Shown here piece after piece: positions 36,906 to 50,700 of a stretch of 64,000 bases of DNA; position 1 is the stretch's first letter; each line of letters opens with the position of its first letter. The stretch is from assembly GCA_009914755.4 (NCBI GenBank), contig CP086569.2:9792001-9856000 (forward strand). The letters run 5' to 3'. Below the pieces are notes generated by a model, which made no database searches, was not told where the DNA came from, and was given only the letters and a program-made list of their open reading frames with translations. Both the position numbers and the translations under genes were made by a program. Origin of the DNA: the human T2T-CHM13v2.0 reference genome, Homo sapiens.

Positions 36906-39900
36906 TTCCCAAACAATTAAAAATTCCCAATAGAAGAAGCATTAATTATATCAAAAAGTGGTGGACCAAGAAGGAACTATTAGCCTCATATCTCAAGAAA
37001 GACTCCAGTCAAGGCCTAGGGACTACTCATGAAAAGAGTTTAATAGCCGACTCTCTCCCAGTGGATCTGGATTCCACCGGACTGTATCTTCACAGTAAGG
37101 GTGAAACAGAAGCAAACCCATTCCTATTTCCAAGCTCAAGGAACTTTGGTCAAAGTTCTCTTGGAGCTGAGCAGAACAAGGAGGCAAACAGAAAAGATTT
37201 GTGTCCCTGAGAAGTCATGGCCACAGGCTGGCTATCACACAGATTGTCAAGCCAGTTCCATATTGCATGGGTATTACAGAAAATCTCAAAACATAAATTT
37301 GTGTGTGGGTTGTCCCAGAGTAGCAGGATCTGGCAGAAGGAAATTTCCTTCTAACCCTCAAAGAATCCACATAAATCTTGTTACATCTGGGATTTTACGA
37401 TTTGCTTCAGGAATGAGAATGGCCTTAATTTTCATATCTTTTTCTACACTCAGTTTATGGCTTGTTGGCGTCAAAGTTCTGCTTGCTTCACACAATGAGT
37501 TTAGGATTTTCCCTTTTTTATTCTATAGAATTCTTCATATATATTGAAATGCTCTGCCTGGGGAAAAAAATCTGAGCCTAGCGTTTTATCTCTAGGAAGA
37601 ATCCTTTATTTCCTTGAACATTTATGAGACTATACAGATTATATATGTCTTCTTGTATCAATTTTACTAAGCTATATACATAGCTTATGTTTATATATTA
37701 TATATATAAATGTAAGATACAAATATAAAAATTATGTATAAATATGAAAATATATATAGAAAGCGATATATATGTCTATATATATAGACAGATTATAAAT
37801 ATCTGTCTATTTGATCTAAGTTTTCAAATTTGTAGGTTAAGGTGTTAATGATATTTCCTTATTAGCTTCTTAATCTATGCTGTATCTATGGTTGTGTACC
37901 TTTTAAATTCTTAGTTTTATCTATGTTTTCTCCCTTTTTTTCTAAACTTGACTGACGGTTGCATCATTTATTATATTTCTCCAACAAGCAAAGGTTAGCT
38001 TTGTATGTTTTACTAATTTTGTCTACATCATTATTCCCACACTTTAGTTTTTCAGAATTGATTCTGTTGTTTCTTTTCTAATTCTTTATTGAAATATCTA
38101 GTACATTAATTTTCAAGTTATTAGAGAAATATTTGTCTGTAAACTCCTATTGTAATATCACTTTTCTTGCTACTCACAGATTTAATCTTTAATATTGGCG
38201 GTATCATTGAGTTCTAAGTACATTTCAATTCCTAGTATGATAATCTATGAATTGCTGAGAAATAGTGTTTACAATTTTGTTGTTCTATTTCCACTTAAGT
38301 TTATTTTTACTTCTGCTAACTCAATTGAAAATTCTTTACTAATTTTTAAAATCCTTGAACCCAAGAGATGGAGGTTGCAGTGAGCTGAGATCAGGCCACT
38401 GCATTCCAGACTGAGTGACAGAGTGGAACGAGATTTCAAAACCAAACAAAACAAAACAAAACAAAACAAAACAGTCACTGGAAAGATAATAAAATACATA
38501 AATGTGGGATGTAATATGTAATCGTGATAAAATAAACTGGATTTTTTGTATAAGTTATACATATAAATGTAATGCCAAGACACTGATAAGACAACTCATG
38601 GTCTTATCTCAATACTTAGTGTCTTCATGTAACATATGTCCTTTAGGATAGTTATAGTCCGTTTTCTTTCCAGGAGAGACAGATGAGAATGCAGAAATGT
38701 TAAAGTGCAAGGGACGGAAGCTTCCAGCTGTGCCCACCTGTAACCTGACGTAGACAGTTCCACCGTTTGCTTCATTAAACATGCCAAAGGCTCTAATGCA
38801 AATGTGGTACAGAGTCACATGTTTTTGTATCTACATGATAGAAACTATAACTTCATCCCTATATAGAAGGGTATATAGCATATGCCTCAGTGATAAATAT
38901 AAGTGAATCATTGATCAGTAGGAAACCATTTTAAAAGTCTTTCATAACAGAACAAAATCCCTGAAAACATTTTCTTCTCAATCTCTGAGTTTTCTTACAC
39001 GGCTTATGAATCTCTAGCCATACTAAAGAGATAGTATGCTGCTCTTCCCACAAATTATTCATTGTATATAATTCCTGTAATCTAATAACAGTACCTTTAC
39101 ACCTCAGGGTTTAAAATGACTCCAACCTTTTTCTGTTTCTGCAATTAAAATAACTTTTTTAAGGTTTAATCTTCAGTAATTTTTTGTAATATTTTTGAAG
39201 GTATTTGACCAGGATGATTTGCTTATATACCTACCTGACGTCTCCCTTTCTTCTGAATACATATTTTATTACCCACCTATTAGATCTAAGTTTAAGAAGT
39301 TGGAATAGGGATTTAAATCTAAATTCTACATTTGAATTTACAGGAGTCAGCGAGTCCAGGAAGTGCCTTTATGCACAGACCAATATCTGGCAATGGCACT
39401 AGGAGACAAATAAGCTTTACCAGTCTCAAAGCCCTGGCTACTACAGTGAATCCACCCTTCTCCTGGATCTTATCTACTTCAGCAAAAGAAGGCCACCCAC
39501 TAAACCAGGCCCTTGTACTTTGGGTGGAAACTCCTAAGTCCTCTAGTCTCCTCAAACAGACAGCCAGGCTGCCAATTTCCACAATAATAATTTCTATAGC
39601 ACTGAGTCTTTGGTAGCCTTGTAACTGTAGCTACTGATGCTACAGTCTGGTCCCTGTATGATAAAACACCAGAGCAACAGAAACAAAAATATTGACTGAA
39701 GCCTTCTAAAATCTCTCTAAATATACCTTCAATAAATATGGTTTTTTTTACAGAACGACTGCTTTCAGCTTCCTGAACTAACGCTTGGCCTTCGCTAGTT
39801 GTCACTGTTGAAATTGATTCAAAAGTGTACATTTAACATGAAAGTCAACACAGAATTTCATGTGTCAGCAACTAAAATTTTCAAAATGTTGCAAAATACA

Positions 39901-40128
39901 AATGTGAAACTGTATTTGTGAAATTTACCATTCATTGAAATTATATTTTCATACCTACCCAGGCACAGAATTTTTTATAACTGTCTGCATGTTCTCCTCA
40001 TGTGGGGGAAAAACAGCATCAGCAGGCAGAGGAATCCTTTGAAGCTGGAGGGAGAGGTTGCAGTGATCTGAGAGTTTGCCACTTGACTGCAGCCTGGATG
40101 ACACAGTGAGACTCCAACTGAAAAGAAA

Positions 40129-40169
<41 letters not shown>

Positions 40170-41418
40170 CCAAAATTGATAAGTAAAAAAAAATCCGTAT
40201 TCGAAAACATGCTCACAGGCTAACTCCCATATCTAACACACACACACACACACACACTCACACACAATTCCTTGAAAACGAAAGTTCCACAAGGGCGAAA
40301 CAAGAAAACAAATTTAACACCCCCCAAAGAAAGTACAAAGAGTAACCTCAAAAGAACCGCAGGGGAAAACAATTCAAAATTTACAACTATCTACCCTAAA
40401 AGAAGCTGAAAGTCCCTCAAAAACTTTCCAGAGGCCATGTCCTTGTATTACAAAAATGATCATAAAAACTGGCAGGAGTAGACGAATAGAAATGCATCTT
40501 AAAACTTGCTAAACCCTTCAAGTCTCCCATAAGAATTGTAATGGAAAATGGATCGGTCGGCAGCTTTTTCCATACAATTATGAACAAATTATATTTCTTC
40601 ATACATAGATTTGTTTTTTCAATATTCTAAGGAATTAACTTTTATATTAATAGTAGGTGATGTAAGAAAGCAGGCCTTTATCAAGATAACTGACACTGGA
40701 TGTCCATACCATTACTCAGGTGGGCCTTAATTCCCAGCCGGGTTCCCTCCCTGGACACACACTGAAGGTCCCCAGCCATTTGGCAATCTCTTCACATTCC
40801 CAGCCCTGGAGGTAGCCCTAAAATACATGTACCTGAAGAAAATAAAACATTGCCTCACACTGGAGCCCAGTGTGGTCCTCCAGATTCCGTGTGAGGTGGA
40901 CTAACTTATATGGGAAGGCAGGGCAGCGGGAGTGAGGATGGCAGAGAGGATTACACATGTCAAGGCAGCCGGGGTCATGGAAACAAAACATGACTGGCCT
41001 GGGAGAAACACTGTGAAAGGACACAGACCTAGGTGGGCCTCAGGTGGACATCCTCGTGGAGAAAAAGGGGGCCCTGGTTGATCTCAAAATGAGCCCCAGG
41101 TGGTAGCAGGTCTTACCGCAGGGCAGGGAGCTGGCGAGTAATGATGAGACAGCTATCCCTTAAGCCCTGCTTGTCACCCACTGACTTTAGCCACATATGC
41201 ATCATAGTGGCTTAAGGTGCCCCGATCCTGAAATGTGGGTGTTACATGTCCCTGATGGGCCTCTCTCCCCCAACCCACGGATTGCCTGGGATTGCTCACT
41301 GCAGTCTCCTCCCGGATCCTTGGGTTCTCCATGTGGGGCCCAGATCCAGGTCAAAAGGCCTCTCAGTTCCCAGCCCTTCCCAGCCCTAGGCTGCTCGCCT
41401 GGCCTCCTCTCTGTTCCG

Positions 41419-41939
41419 CCTCTAGGGCTGACCCTCTCTCCATGGGATAGAACTGCAATGGATTGAGCCATAGGCCCTGGCTGATGATCTAGGGGACTGC
41501 AGAAGTGGGTCCAGGACAGTTCAGGTGACAGTTCAAAGCCAATTCCCCAGAGACCAAGGAATGACCAGCTAGGTCCTTTCCCATGATGCCCCACGGCGAA
41601 CCCCACCTCAGCAATCCTGCCAAAACCCGGGCAGTCATGTTCAGCCAAACAGCTGAATGAGCTCAGGTAGGAGGTGTACTGCCTGCAGCTGGAGGCTTGA
41701 CCTTCGTGATCCCAGAACCGCTGGACTGCAGTGGAATGAGACACCCTGTAGCCTGCAGGGAGAGGAGTCAGGAAGGTTCATGCCAGTCCCACCCTCCCAC
41801 ACACCAGCTCCCCTACCATGCTGGGAGGCATTCCTTACCGAGGATGCCAACACAGTGCTCCTTCATGATGATTTCACTGTGGAAATAAAGGTTGGGATGA
41901 AAGGAAATCATCCTGCCACCGGTAACCGGGATGGCTGAG
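41419..41939 (-). pseudogene. TSPY-like pseudogene fragment A (unit 3)
   Basis: Offset 40639 from unit 1. Confidence 0.6.
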
Positions 41940-43210
41940 TTCCTCCACCTGCCGGATCAAGGAGAAAGAGGATGGATTCAATGGGACCATCTCAACTAGC
42001 CGGGCTGAGGTGGCCTACTAGCTGTAGTGAACCATGAGTTTCCCCTTCCCAGCTCTCCCACTGAGACAACCCTGGTCCCCAGGGGGACCTCAAACTGACT
42101 CAGACACTGGACTCCTCCCACAGACCCAGGCTCCCCAGCCTGACCTGCAAATCCATCACGTAGCAAAGCAGGACTTCCGCATGCTTTCCGACCCACGCCG
42201 ACATCTCGTGTGCCAAACAATCTACCTCTGCGCAAGAACTCTCCAGAGGATTGGGTGGGCAAGCCTCGTGACGCCTTGCAATTTCGCAAGAACACAGACA
42301 ATGTGGAACAGGGCCATCTCCCAGACATTTGGCCAGTCACCCTTCATTGTTGGCCCTCTATCTCTGTCTGGCGAGGAGGCAACGCCACAACTGTGGTGGT
42401 TTTTGGAGTGGGTGGACCCCGGCCAAGACGGCCTGGGCTGACCAGAGACGGGAGGCAGAAAAAGTGGGCAGGTGGTTGCAGCTGAGGGACGGGAGGGGCC
42501 GGGGGTGGTGTGAGGCGGCTGCTTCTCTGAGTTTCTGAGATGCAGGAGGCCTTTGTGTGCTGGGTGCTGGACATGCTCCGCTGATGTCCGGGTGTGTGGT
42601 GTCCTCTTATCCTAGTCTCCCTGAGGGGTGGGCCTGTCCACCTGAGGGAAGCCTTGTAGTTAGAAGCCACAGCAGGGTCGTGCCTGGCGCTCTCCAAGGG
42701 AATTGCGTGGGTCCAGAGGAAGTTATACAGGCTCAGGGCCTACACGCCTTTGAGTGCAGCGCCTGCAGTTGGATGAATGCGCATCTGCGGAGCTGGTGCC
42801 CGCCGTCAGGTGGTCGGCAGCCCCATGCGCCGCGAACCCGTCTTAAGCACCTTGCGTTTCTGGGGTGAGCCTGCTGGAAACAGGCACCGAGAGCAGGGGT
42901 GGTTCAATGGCTGGTAATGGCATACAGATTCCCCGTCCTCCAGGGACGTTCCCAGGGAAACGCGTCCTTCGAATTTGGGCTGTGCGCAAAGGGACCTTGG
43001 CGCCGCGATTCTCCCTTGTCAGTGCTGGCCCTGGCTCCCCTTCCCTACCACGTGCTCCCAGGGCTGCTACAAGCGAGCTGCCCTCACAGCTGCGGGAACG
43101 TGGCCTCGGCTCCCACGCTGTCCCCCATCCCCTGCCTCCTGGCTGACCCCACGTGCCTCCCACCTGGCTCCTCCCCGCAAACAGCCCCCATACCCCCCGA
43201 GGCCCGATGA

Positions 43211-43975
43211 CTATCCCCTGCTGCCCGCCATCCCAAATCGGCAGCCGCAAGGATATGGCTCTGGCTCACAAGGCGGAGATGCTCTGTGGCCTGGGGCATT
43301 CACGGAGCCCAGCTCCAAGTGAAGGACCTCCAGCGAGTCCATTGACGGCCCCGGTGTGCTCGGTCCAGGGCCAGGCTGTGCCCGCTGGCCCTCCTTCTGC
43401 CACCCCACGTCGGGCTCCACCTCAACCACCACCTCCACCTCAGCCATGATGTCTTCCACCTTCAGCACCGCCTCCTCTTCCAAGGCCGCCTCCTTGCTCT
43501 GTACCCCGGCCGTCCTCTCCAGCATTGCCTCCAGCCTGAACACGGTTTTCTCCTGGGTGCTCCCACAGACCCTGGGCCTGCGCAGCCCAGCCCAGCCCAG
43601 CCCATGCCCCGCACCCGTAGGCTCTGGGGGCCCGCTCCCCAGCAGACCCGCTCCCTGCAAGACCCACGGGCGTCGCCCTGCTGTGAACCTGGTCCCACAC
43701 CTACGTGGACCCAGGTTTCCTGAGGAGCTCCGCTGGACCCGCAGATCCCGCACTGGCCAAAGGGCTCCGGTCCCCAGCAGGCTCAACTGCGCACAGGAGC
43801 TCGGGAGCCAGAGGCCCCGGCCCTGGGCTTGCAGAGCCCCACCAACAGGCACCGCAACCGCTGCTGCGGGTGCGGGAGCCTCTGGGTCGTCAAGGCAGCG
43901 CACAACAGCGTGCGCGCAGGCCGACAATGGCCACCCCTGGCGGCTGGCCTCTGGTGTGCCCAGGGCATAGGACAA
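43211..43975 (-). pseudogene. Inverted TSPY exon-1-like pseudo-exon (unit 3)
   Basis: ORF identical to the unit 1 version. Confidence 0.75.
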
Positions 43976-44318
43976 GAGGCCCTTTGGAATGCTCCTTGGA
44001 GTACAGCATCCTCAGGGAGGAAGCATGGTACTCGGAGCCTCTATTTGCCTCGACCTGTGAGAGTGTGTGCCGGGGCTCTGGCCTCTACAGCAGATCAATT
44101 CCACCTCAGCACCGGCAGGCGACTTTCCTCCCACGTGCCCGCCCCGATCACTTCCCCCAGGACACCCCTGCCGCCCTAGCCCCAGCAACCAGAGAGAGTT
44201 CTCTGCATCTGCTGTATTACCTCCGTACCATCTACCTGGCCTGCCTAACGAAGAGAGATGTTTCCTGTGTTCATGACACATAGAGATGTTCATGGCTTGC
44301 CACACTGAGGATGTCAGG

Positions 44319-44598
44319 GCACAGGGCTGCCATGCCCACAATTCCAAAGGCCACGCAGCCCGCGTGTGCCCGGATGCCTAGCTACCCGGCACAAGCTCCA
44401 AGGGCTTCTCGGAGGAGGCTTGGGCAGGGAAGGCGGGGGGTGGGGGGGCTGGAGATGCAGGCCCGCCAGTGGCTGTGCCGCCCAGGGAGACGCCCACCGC
44501 CCTCCCATTGATTGGCCACGACGGGAGGAAGTCGGCCTGGGTGCGGCCCCCCGGCCCTTCGCGCGCAGTCCCTTAGGGGGCGCCTGGAAGCCCGGCGC
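44319..44598 (+). promoter_or_regulatory. TSPY CpG-island promoter region (unit 3). Carries a C>T change creating an ATTGG (reverse CCAAT) motif at 44511-44515.
   Basis: Same sequence as unit 1 except cattgaTtggcc versus cattgaCtggcc. Confidence 0.5.
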
Positions 44599-47177
44599 AT
44601 GCGCCCTGAGGGCTCGCTGACCTACCGGGTGCCAGAGAGGCTGCGGCAGGGTTTCTGTGGCGTGGGTCGGGCAGCACAGGCCTTGGTGTGTGCGAGTGCC
44701 AAGGAGGGCACCGCCTTCAGGATGGAGGCTGTACAGGAGGGGGCGGCCGGGGTGGAGAGTGAGCAGGCGGCTTTGGGGGAGGAGGCGGTGCTGCTGTTGG
44801 ATGACATAATGGCGGAGGTGGAGGTGGTGGCGGAGGTGGAGGTGGTGGCGGAGGAGGAGGGCCTCGTGGAGCGGCGGGAGGAGGCCCAGCGGGCACAGCA
44901 GGCTGTGCCTGGCCCTGGGCCCATGACCCCAGAGTCTGCACTGGAGGAGCTGCTGGCCGTTCAGGTGGAGCTGGAGCCGGTTAATGCCCAAGCCAGGAAG
45001 GCCTTTTCTCGGCAGCGGGAAAAGATGGAGCGGAGGCGCAAGCCCCAGCTAGACCGCAGAGGCGCCGTCATCCAGAGCGTCCCTGGCTTCTGGGCCAATG
45101 TTGTATCCTTCTCAGTGTTTCTTCGGCCTTTCTAGTGGAGAGGTGCTCTCGGGGAAGTGTAAGTGACCGATGGGCAGCTCGGCGTCGATGTGACTCTTTG
45201 GGGAACAAAGGGGAGTTGCCACGGACCAGTGTGGCTGTGGAAAGCCGGAGCAGGCGTGGGTACTATTGTCCTGCATGCGGCAGAGAAACCCTTGGTGATG
45301 CCGAGCAGCAGACGTTTGGGGCATCTTTTTGAAGAGCAGAAGCGAGTTCAGAGCGGAAGAGGTTTTTCAGTGAATGAAGCTATTTTTAAGGGAGTGTGAT
45401 TGCTGCCCCTTGCTAGTCCGATCTGGGACTGGGCGTCTTCGGCTATAAGCAGATTCTGCCACTCCTCAGACACCAGCAAGTCTCTGCAAATCGCGCCTCC
45501 CCATGTCAGTGCAGTCAGCCTCAGAATCATACACCCTCTGTGAACACAGGAGGCCTTAGTTTACGGGGACGGGGAGGCGAAAGGAGATCATACATGGAAG
45601 CAGATCTGAGAAATCCCCTACCCCAGCCTCTGGGTGCTCTTAGGCCTTCTTCCCTGTTGCTCCTCGCTTTCCCTTCCATCGTGTGTAAAGTCTCTTTGAC
45701 CTAAATCAGATTGCAAACCACCCCCAGATGTCAGCCCTGATCACTGACGAAGATGAAGACATGCTGAGCTACATGGTCAGCCTGGAGGTGAGGCCAGGAA
45801 GACTGGGGCTAGAGGGTTTAGCGGGGGAGGGTAAGGGAAATAATTCATTCCTGTAAGCAAGAGTGAGCACCTCACCCGAAAACCTATCTAAGCTTTCTCC
45901 ACCTTGTCCTGACAGGTGGAAGAAGAGAAGCATCCTGTTCATCTCTGCAAGATCATGTTGTTCTTTCGGAGTAACCCCTACTTCCAGAATAAAGTGATTA
46001 CCAAGGAATATCTGGTGAACATCACAGGTGACAGGTGGCTCCCAGGATGGGTAGTGGAAGGAAGATGGTGGGTGGATCATTGCCAACGGGATCCAGCCCC
46101 CTTCCCACAAAAACTCCTGTCTCTGTAGAATACAGGGCTTCTCATTCCACTCCAATTGAGTGGTATCCGGATTATGAAGTGGAGGCCTATCGCCGCAGAC
46201 ACCACAACAGCAGCCTTAACTTCTTCAACTGGTTCTCTGACCACAACTTCGCAGGATCTAACAAGATTGCTGAGGTGAGTCCTCACTGGGAAACATGAGG
46301 AATGACCCCGTGTGTTCCCAGCTGCTTGGGTCACCTTTCTGAGCCCTGATGAGGCCTTTCCCGATTGAGTCCCCTGACAGATCCTATGTAAGGACCTGTG
46401 GCGCAATCCCCTGCAATACTACAAGAGGATGAAGCCACCTGAAGAGGGAACAGAGACGTCAGGTGAGCCGTTAGTTGGCACTGGAGCTGTTTGATGCGCA
46501 GTATAAGGGGGTTGACACACCTGCCTATTCAGGGAGCCTGGGTGCTCATTTCAGAAATGTAGAAACTGAGGCTCCTTTCGTACATGTAGAAATTCCTTGA
46601 GAGGAAGACAGAGTGACAGAATCCAGGACGTTCATGGCATTGGGCTGAAAAGGCACGTTAGAGACTGCACTGCAAAGCGGGTGATAGCTGTGGAGTCTTA
46701 AGCCCAGTGAAGAATCGTCCATTTCCAGAATCAATGAGAAGTAAAGCTGAAAATCATTCAGTTCAGTCTGTGGCACTTGATTCCACGGCTGTCAACCCCA
46801 CCGGCAGTCATCCCACCAACCCCATGAGATTGGGCTCCCTGAATGTGCGTCCTGGTCATCCTTGCCCCAAACCACAAAGGACTGTTTAGATTGATGGATT
46901 TCCTTAAGCTGTTGCCCCATCAGACTTGTGTGTGCTTTTAGGGCCCAGTGCATCTTGTTAGCTGACTCCCCTCACAGACAATACTGGGAATGGGGCAGGG
47001 ATTGCGCAGAACAGTTTGTAACACGTGGTAGGAGGAAGTTTAAGGGATCACAAATGGGGAAGGGATATCCTTTTCTCAGCGGGCCCCACAATTGAAACAT
47101 TTCAAAGTATGGCTCAGAGAAAATGCGTTTTAACATGAGTTTGTGTTTCTCTAGGGGACTCCCAGTTGTTGAGTTGA
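44599..47177 (+). CDS. TSPY: TSPY variant copy with an 18-bp in-frame duplication in exon 1 (extra EVEVVA) and a His>Gln change (cac>cag at 45047); otherwise intact.
   Basis: Exons 44599-45102, 45710-45787, 45916-46027, 46129-46274, 46381-46462, 47155-47177. Tandem gcggaggtggaggtggtg x2 at 44812-44847. ORF track shows [21 protein letters not shown] here versus [15 protein letters not shown] in units 1-2. Confidence 0.8.
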
Positions 47178-47347
47178 ATATGATGGAGCATCAGATTTTA
47201 CCTAATACAGCAGAACTCCTAAAAAGTTACAGCCATATGCAGGACGGCAGTACTCAGCATGGTCTTATGCACAGGAACTAAAGGAAAAAGAGATCGAGTC
47301 ACAAAAATTCAGGAAGAGGGGGTAAATGTGGATTGTATGGAATGAAA

Positions 47348-47353
47348 AATAAA
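47348..47353 (+). other. AATAAA polyadenylation signal (unit 3)
   Basis: Same position relative to the stop as in unit 1. Confidence 0.5.
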
Positions 47354-47365
47354 CATTCTCAAGGA

Positions 47366-47403
47366 TGTGTGACTCTGTGTCTGTGTGTGTGTGTGTGTGT
47401 GTC

Positions 47404-47442
<39 letters not shown>

Positions 47443-47450
47443 TTTTCCAC
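47366..47450. repeat. (TG)n microsatellite (unit 3)
   Basis: Same locus as the unit 1 repeat, different length. Confidence 0.95.
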
Positions 47451-50102
47451 TTTATTCGGGTGTCATAATGAATTGATCAATCCACGTGCTTTATTCTCTT
47501 CATGGAAATAACCAGTCTGCGTTGGAGCTGGGCCTCTAAAGTTGTAGAGTGAATGGGTGTGGGATGTGTTGGGATTCTTCCTACAGGACAGAGTGGGAGA
47601 GGTAAAAGCAAAAGACAGCTTAGTTGGAGGCTGACTTCGTCCTATGGAAGCAGAGATAGTTCAAGGAAAGGGGTTACTGGGTTTCCAGGGCCCAGTTTGC
47701 TGGGACCTCCAAAATCCTTCATTTTGGGTATCATCATACACAGTAGCTAAGCACAGGATGATGGAAATCTTAAAGTTCGCTTCCGTGTTGAATCCACATG
47801 TTCTTTTAAAGGTGAATGCATGATCCTTTTCTGGGACAATCAGCCTCTCAGGACTTCTGAAACATCAACGTGAGAAGAAATGGGCATGTAAGGTGTATGG
47901 AGGGACTGTGGGAAAGGTGACAGAGGCATGTGGGAAGGCATTCAGGATACGCTTTTGGCAGAGATGACTAAGGGAAAACAGAAACTTACAGAAGTGAGGG
48001 GAAAGGGGGTGGATTAGTGGAATATAAGATTGTTGGAGAATCCATCCATGGACTCTCTTGTCACTTGATGACCCAGGATATGGACACTCTTGTTGATGTT
48101 TACATCTTTAGTTGTTTTAAGCTTTTCTCCAAGATTCTGTGTTAGGTGAGGAGCCAATAACGTATGTAGCTAACAACAGTACGAGTGCATTTTGTGCTCT
48201 TGCAAAGTCTAGTGAGGCTCTATTCTCCCTCGTGATTGGCACTGCAGATTGTATCTGGAGCCCAGGGCCCCTAAATTTTCTGTGGCCTCTTCAGCATAGT
48301 TTGCCTAAGGTTTAGAACGTAAAGCGAATATAGTTGCGGAATATGTTTTGCAAGCCTCACACAGGAGGACAAAACATACAGCTTTCATTCGCGAGTGGGA
48401 GGCTGCTTCCCAGGAACACGTGTGTCTGCACAAGACAAGGGGTTGCCTCTGTCAAGGATGGGGCAGGAGGATTTCAGTGTCGGAGGCAGAACTTTCTTTC
48501 CTGTTCCCAGATGAAACAGTTCCAACACGAGCATCCATGTTGACCACACGCTACTAGAGTGCTAACATTGCTGTCCCGTATAGACTCTGGTCAGCACAGC
48601 TTCTGTGAGAAGAGCTATGTTGTTTCAGGGAAGAGGGTTTGACAGTCAAAGTTCCTGAATCTGTTGTGGTGCTTGCAATATGCATTCTACCCCTCCTGCT
48701 CGGTGTCAAAGCAGTTGAGCTTTGAAAATCTATCGCCCGGTTTTGTCCCTGCTCCTATGCAGACCTCTGAAGCTCTGGAGCGGGAGTCTTGTCCTCCTCT
48801 GACTACCGTCCCCCTGACCCACAAACACAGGAGAAACAGGTGTTCTAAGCAAATTATTCTGAAAACAGTCGGAACCCTTTGGCCCCCTCAAGCTGCCCTC
48901 TATCCTACTGTGTGCATGTCAAAGACACTGTGGTCCAGTACGGTATCCCTATAGCGGCAATGGGGCAACAGATTGGTGTGTGCACTCTGGGCAACTCAGA
49001 TTAGGAAACGTCTGGGGACTTGCCTATAACGAGGTCGTCTTAAAACGTGTTGCCCCAAATTTAAGGCATAGGAAAATGTTGAGGAAAGGGTCTTGCAATG
49101 ATTTTTTCTAGGAGGTAAATAGATAAGAAAATGACCGTAAATAGATGCCAGGGCTAGTTTTGGAGCTAGCCTGTTTTAAAGTGGTGGTAGGGGAGGAGCT
49201 TTTTCCAAGGCAGGTAGCAAACCAGGAACTGTCTACGATGGATGGGCGTGCCACGGGTTGGTGGCTCAGCCATATTGCCACCCCACCGAGTGAATGCAGC
49301 AGACTGGGCTTCTTCCTTGAATCCTACGTGCAATTCAGTCTAGTGATTTCACATGAGATCCCTTCTTCTGGTATTATCACAGATCGTGCTGAATTATACA
49401 GGCTGTGTAATGCTTCTTCCACTGAATATCCGTGCACGTGGGCCACAGATGCTAAGGGCACTGACAAATTTGCACCGTGCCTCAGTAACTCGGAAGCACA
49501 TCTGTGATTTGTACCGAGAGGGACTTGGTGTCTTTTTGTGTTTAAAGTAGCACGTGTGTGTTTGTGGTTGCGTATGTTTATTTCTCTGTGCGGGTTTGTA
49601 TATTTTCTCTGACTCCACCTGTGTCTCCATGGTTCCGATATTTTTCCACACTCCCTGCGACAATTTGCACATGCCTATCTCTACAACCATTGTAGACTTT
49701 GTATCTGTGTCTTTGAACATCTGTCACTCTCTCTCCCTTCCTTTTTTCTTTTCCTTCCTTTACACCCCTCCTTTCATCCTTCCCTTGCTTCCCCACCACA
49801 CTCTCTCCATCTGTATCGTCTATGTTTCTATTCTCTATCTGGGTTTACTTTCTAATTCTGAATTCAAGGGCATTGAATTGAAAAGAAGCACTCTTCGTAC
49901 TTTTATGTGTTTTAACTCATTTGGGGAATTTGGCGTGGTATTATTTACAGGGTTCTCTCTGCCCTTTCTCATTGTTCTCCCCAGCCGGGGCTGTTATTAT
50001 GTGAAAGCTGGTTTCCTTCATCACATCGCGTAGGCTCTAATGATGTTTCGTTTATTTTGATTCTCCTCACACTACATAGTTTTAATTTACCTAATGTGAC
50101 TG

Positions 50103-50407
50103 TTTTTTTGTTTGTTTTCCGAGAATGGGTCTTACTCTGTCTTCTAGGTTGGACAGCAGCCCCACGATCTCAGCCCACTGCAGCCCAGGCACCACACACC
50201 CATGTGATCCTGTCAACTCAGACTCTCACACACCTGGCAGTACAGGTGCATGCCACCCCTCCAAGCTATGTATTAATTAACTAAATACTTACTTTTTGAA
50301 TGTGGGTCCATGTTGCCCCAGGCTCATCTGGAACTCCTGAGTGCAGGCAATCCTCCCACCTCAGCTTATCAAAGTGCTGGGATGACAGGTGTGACCCATG
50401 GCCCTGC
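50103..50407 (-). mobile_element. Alu element, minus orientation (unit 3)
   Basis: Offset 40639 from the unit 1 copy. Confidence 0.8.
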
Positions 50408-50548
50408 CATGGCTTTGTGTTTTTTGCTTTTTTCTTCCTCCTCCTCACGTCTTGTTTTGAAACATGCACTGAAGGTTTCAATTCATGGACTATAGTCTCT
50501 GTGCCTGGAATTTCTATCTTTCAACTCATCATCAGCATTCATTGGGAT

Positions 50549-50552
<4 letters not shown>

Positions 50553-50586
<34 letters not shown>

Positions 50587-50700
50587 CTATATAAGAATAC
50601 CTATGTACACACATATATACGTATATACATGTATATACGTATATATGCACATTTATATACGTATATACATGTATATACGTATATATATACATGTACACAT
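50553..50700. repeat. (TA)n / AT-rich complex repeat (unit 3; shorter pure TA run)
   Basis: Same locus as the unit 1 repeat. Confidence 0.9.

Larger units (their letters stand above)
20331..40638 (+). repeat. ~20.3-kb tandem repeat unit, copy 2 (near-identical to copy 1)
   Basis: Whole-unit colinearity with copy 1 at offset ~20308-20331; only scattered mismatches and microsatellite-length indels. Confidence 0.9.

Noticed and set aside
44512-45135. ORF track suggests an N-terminally extended TSPY in unit 3 ([11 protein letters not shown]... 207 aa)
   Set aside because: The extension starts at a TTG codon created by the C>T promoter variant, not an ATG. The conserved ATG at 44599 (MRPEGSLTY) is the start in all units. 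The extension is an ORF-caller artefact.
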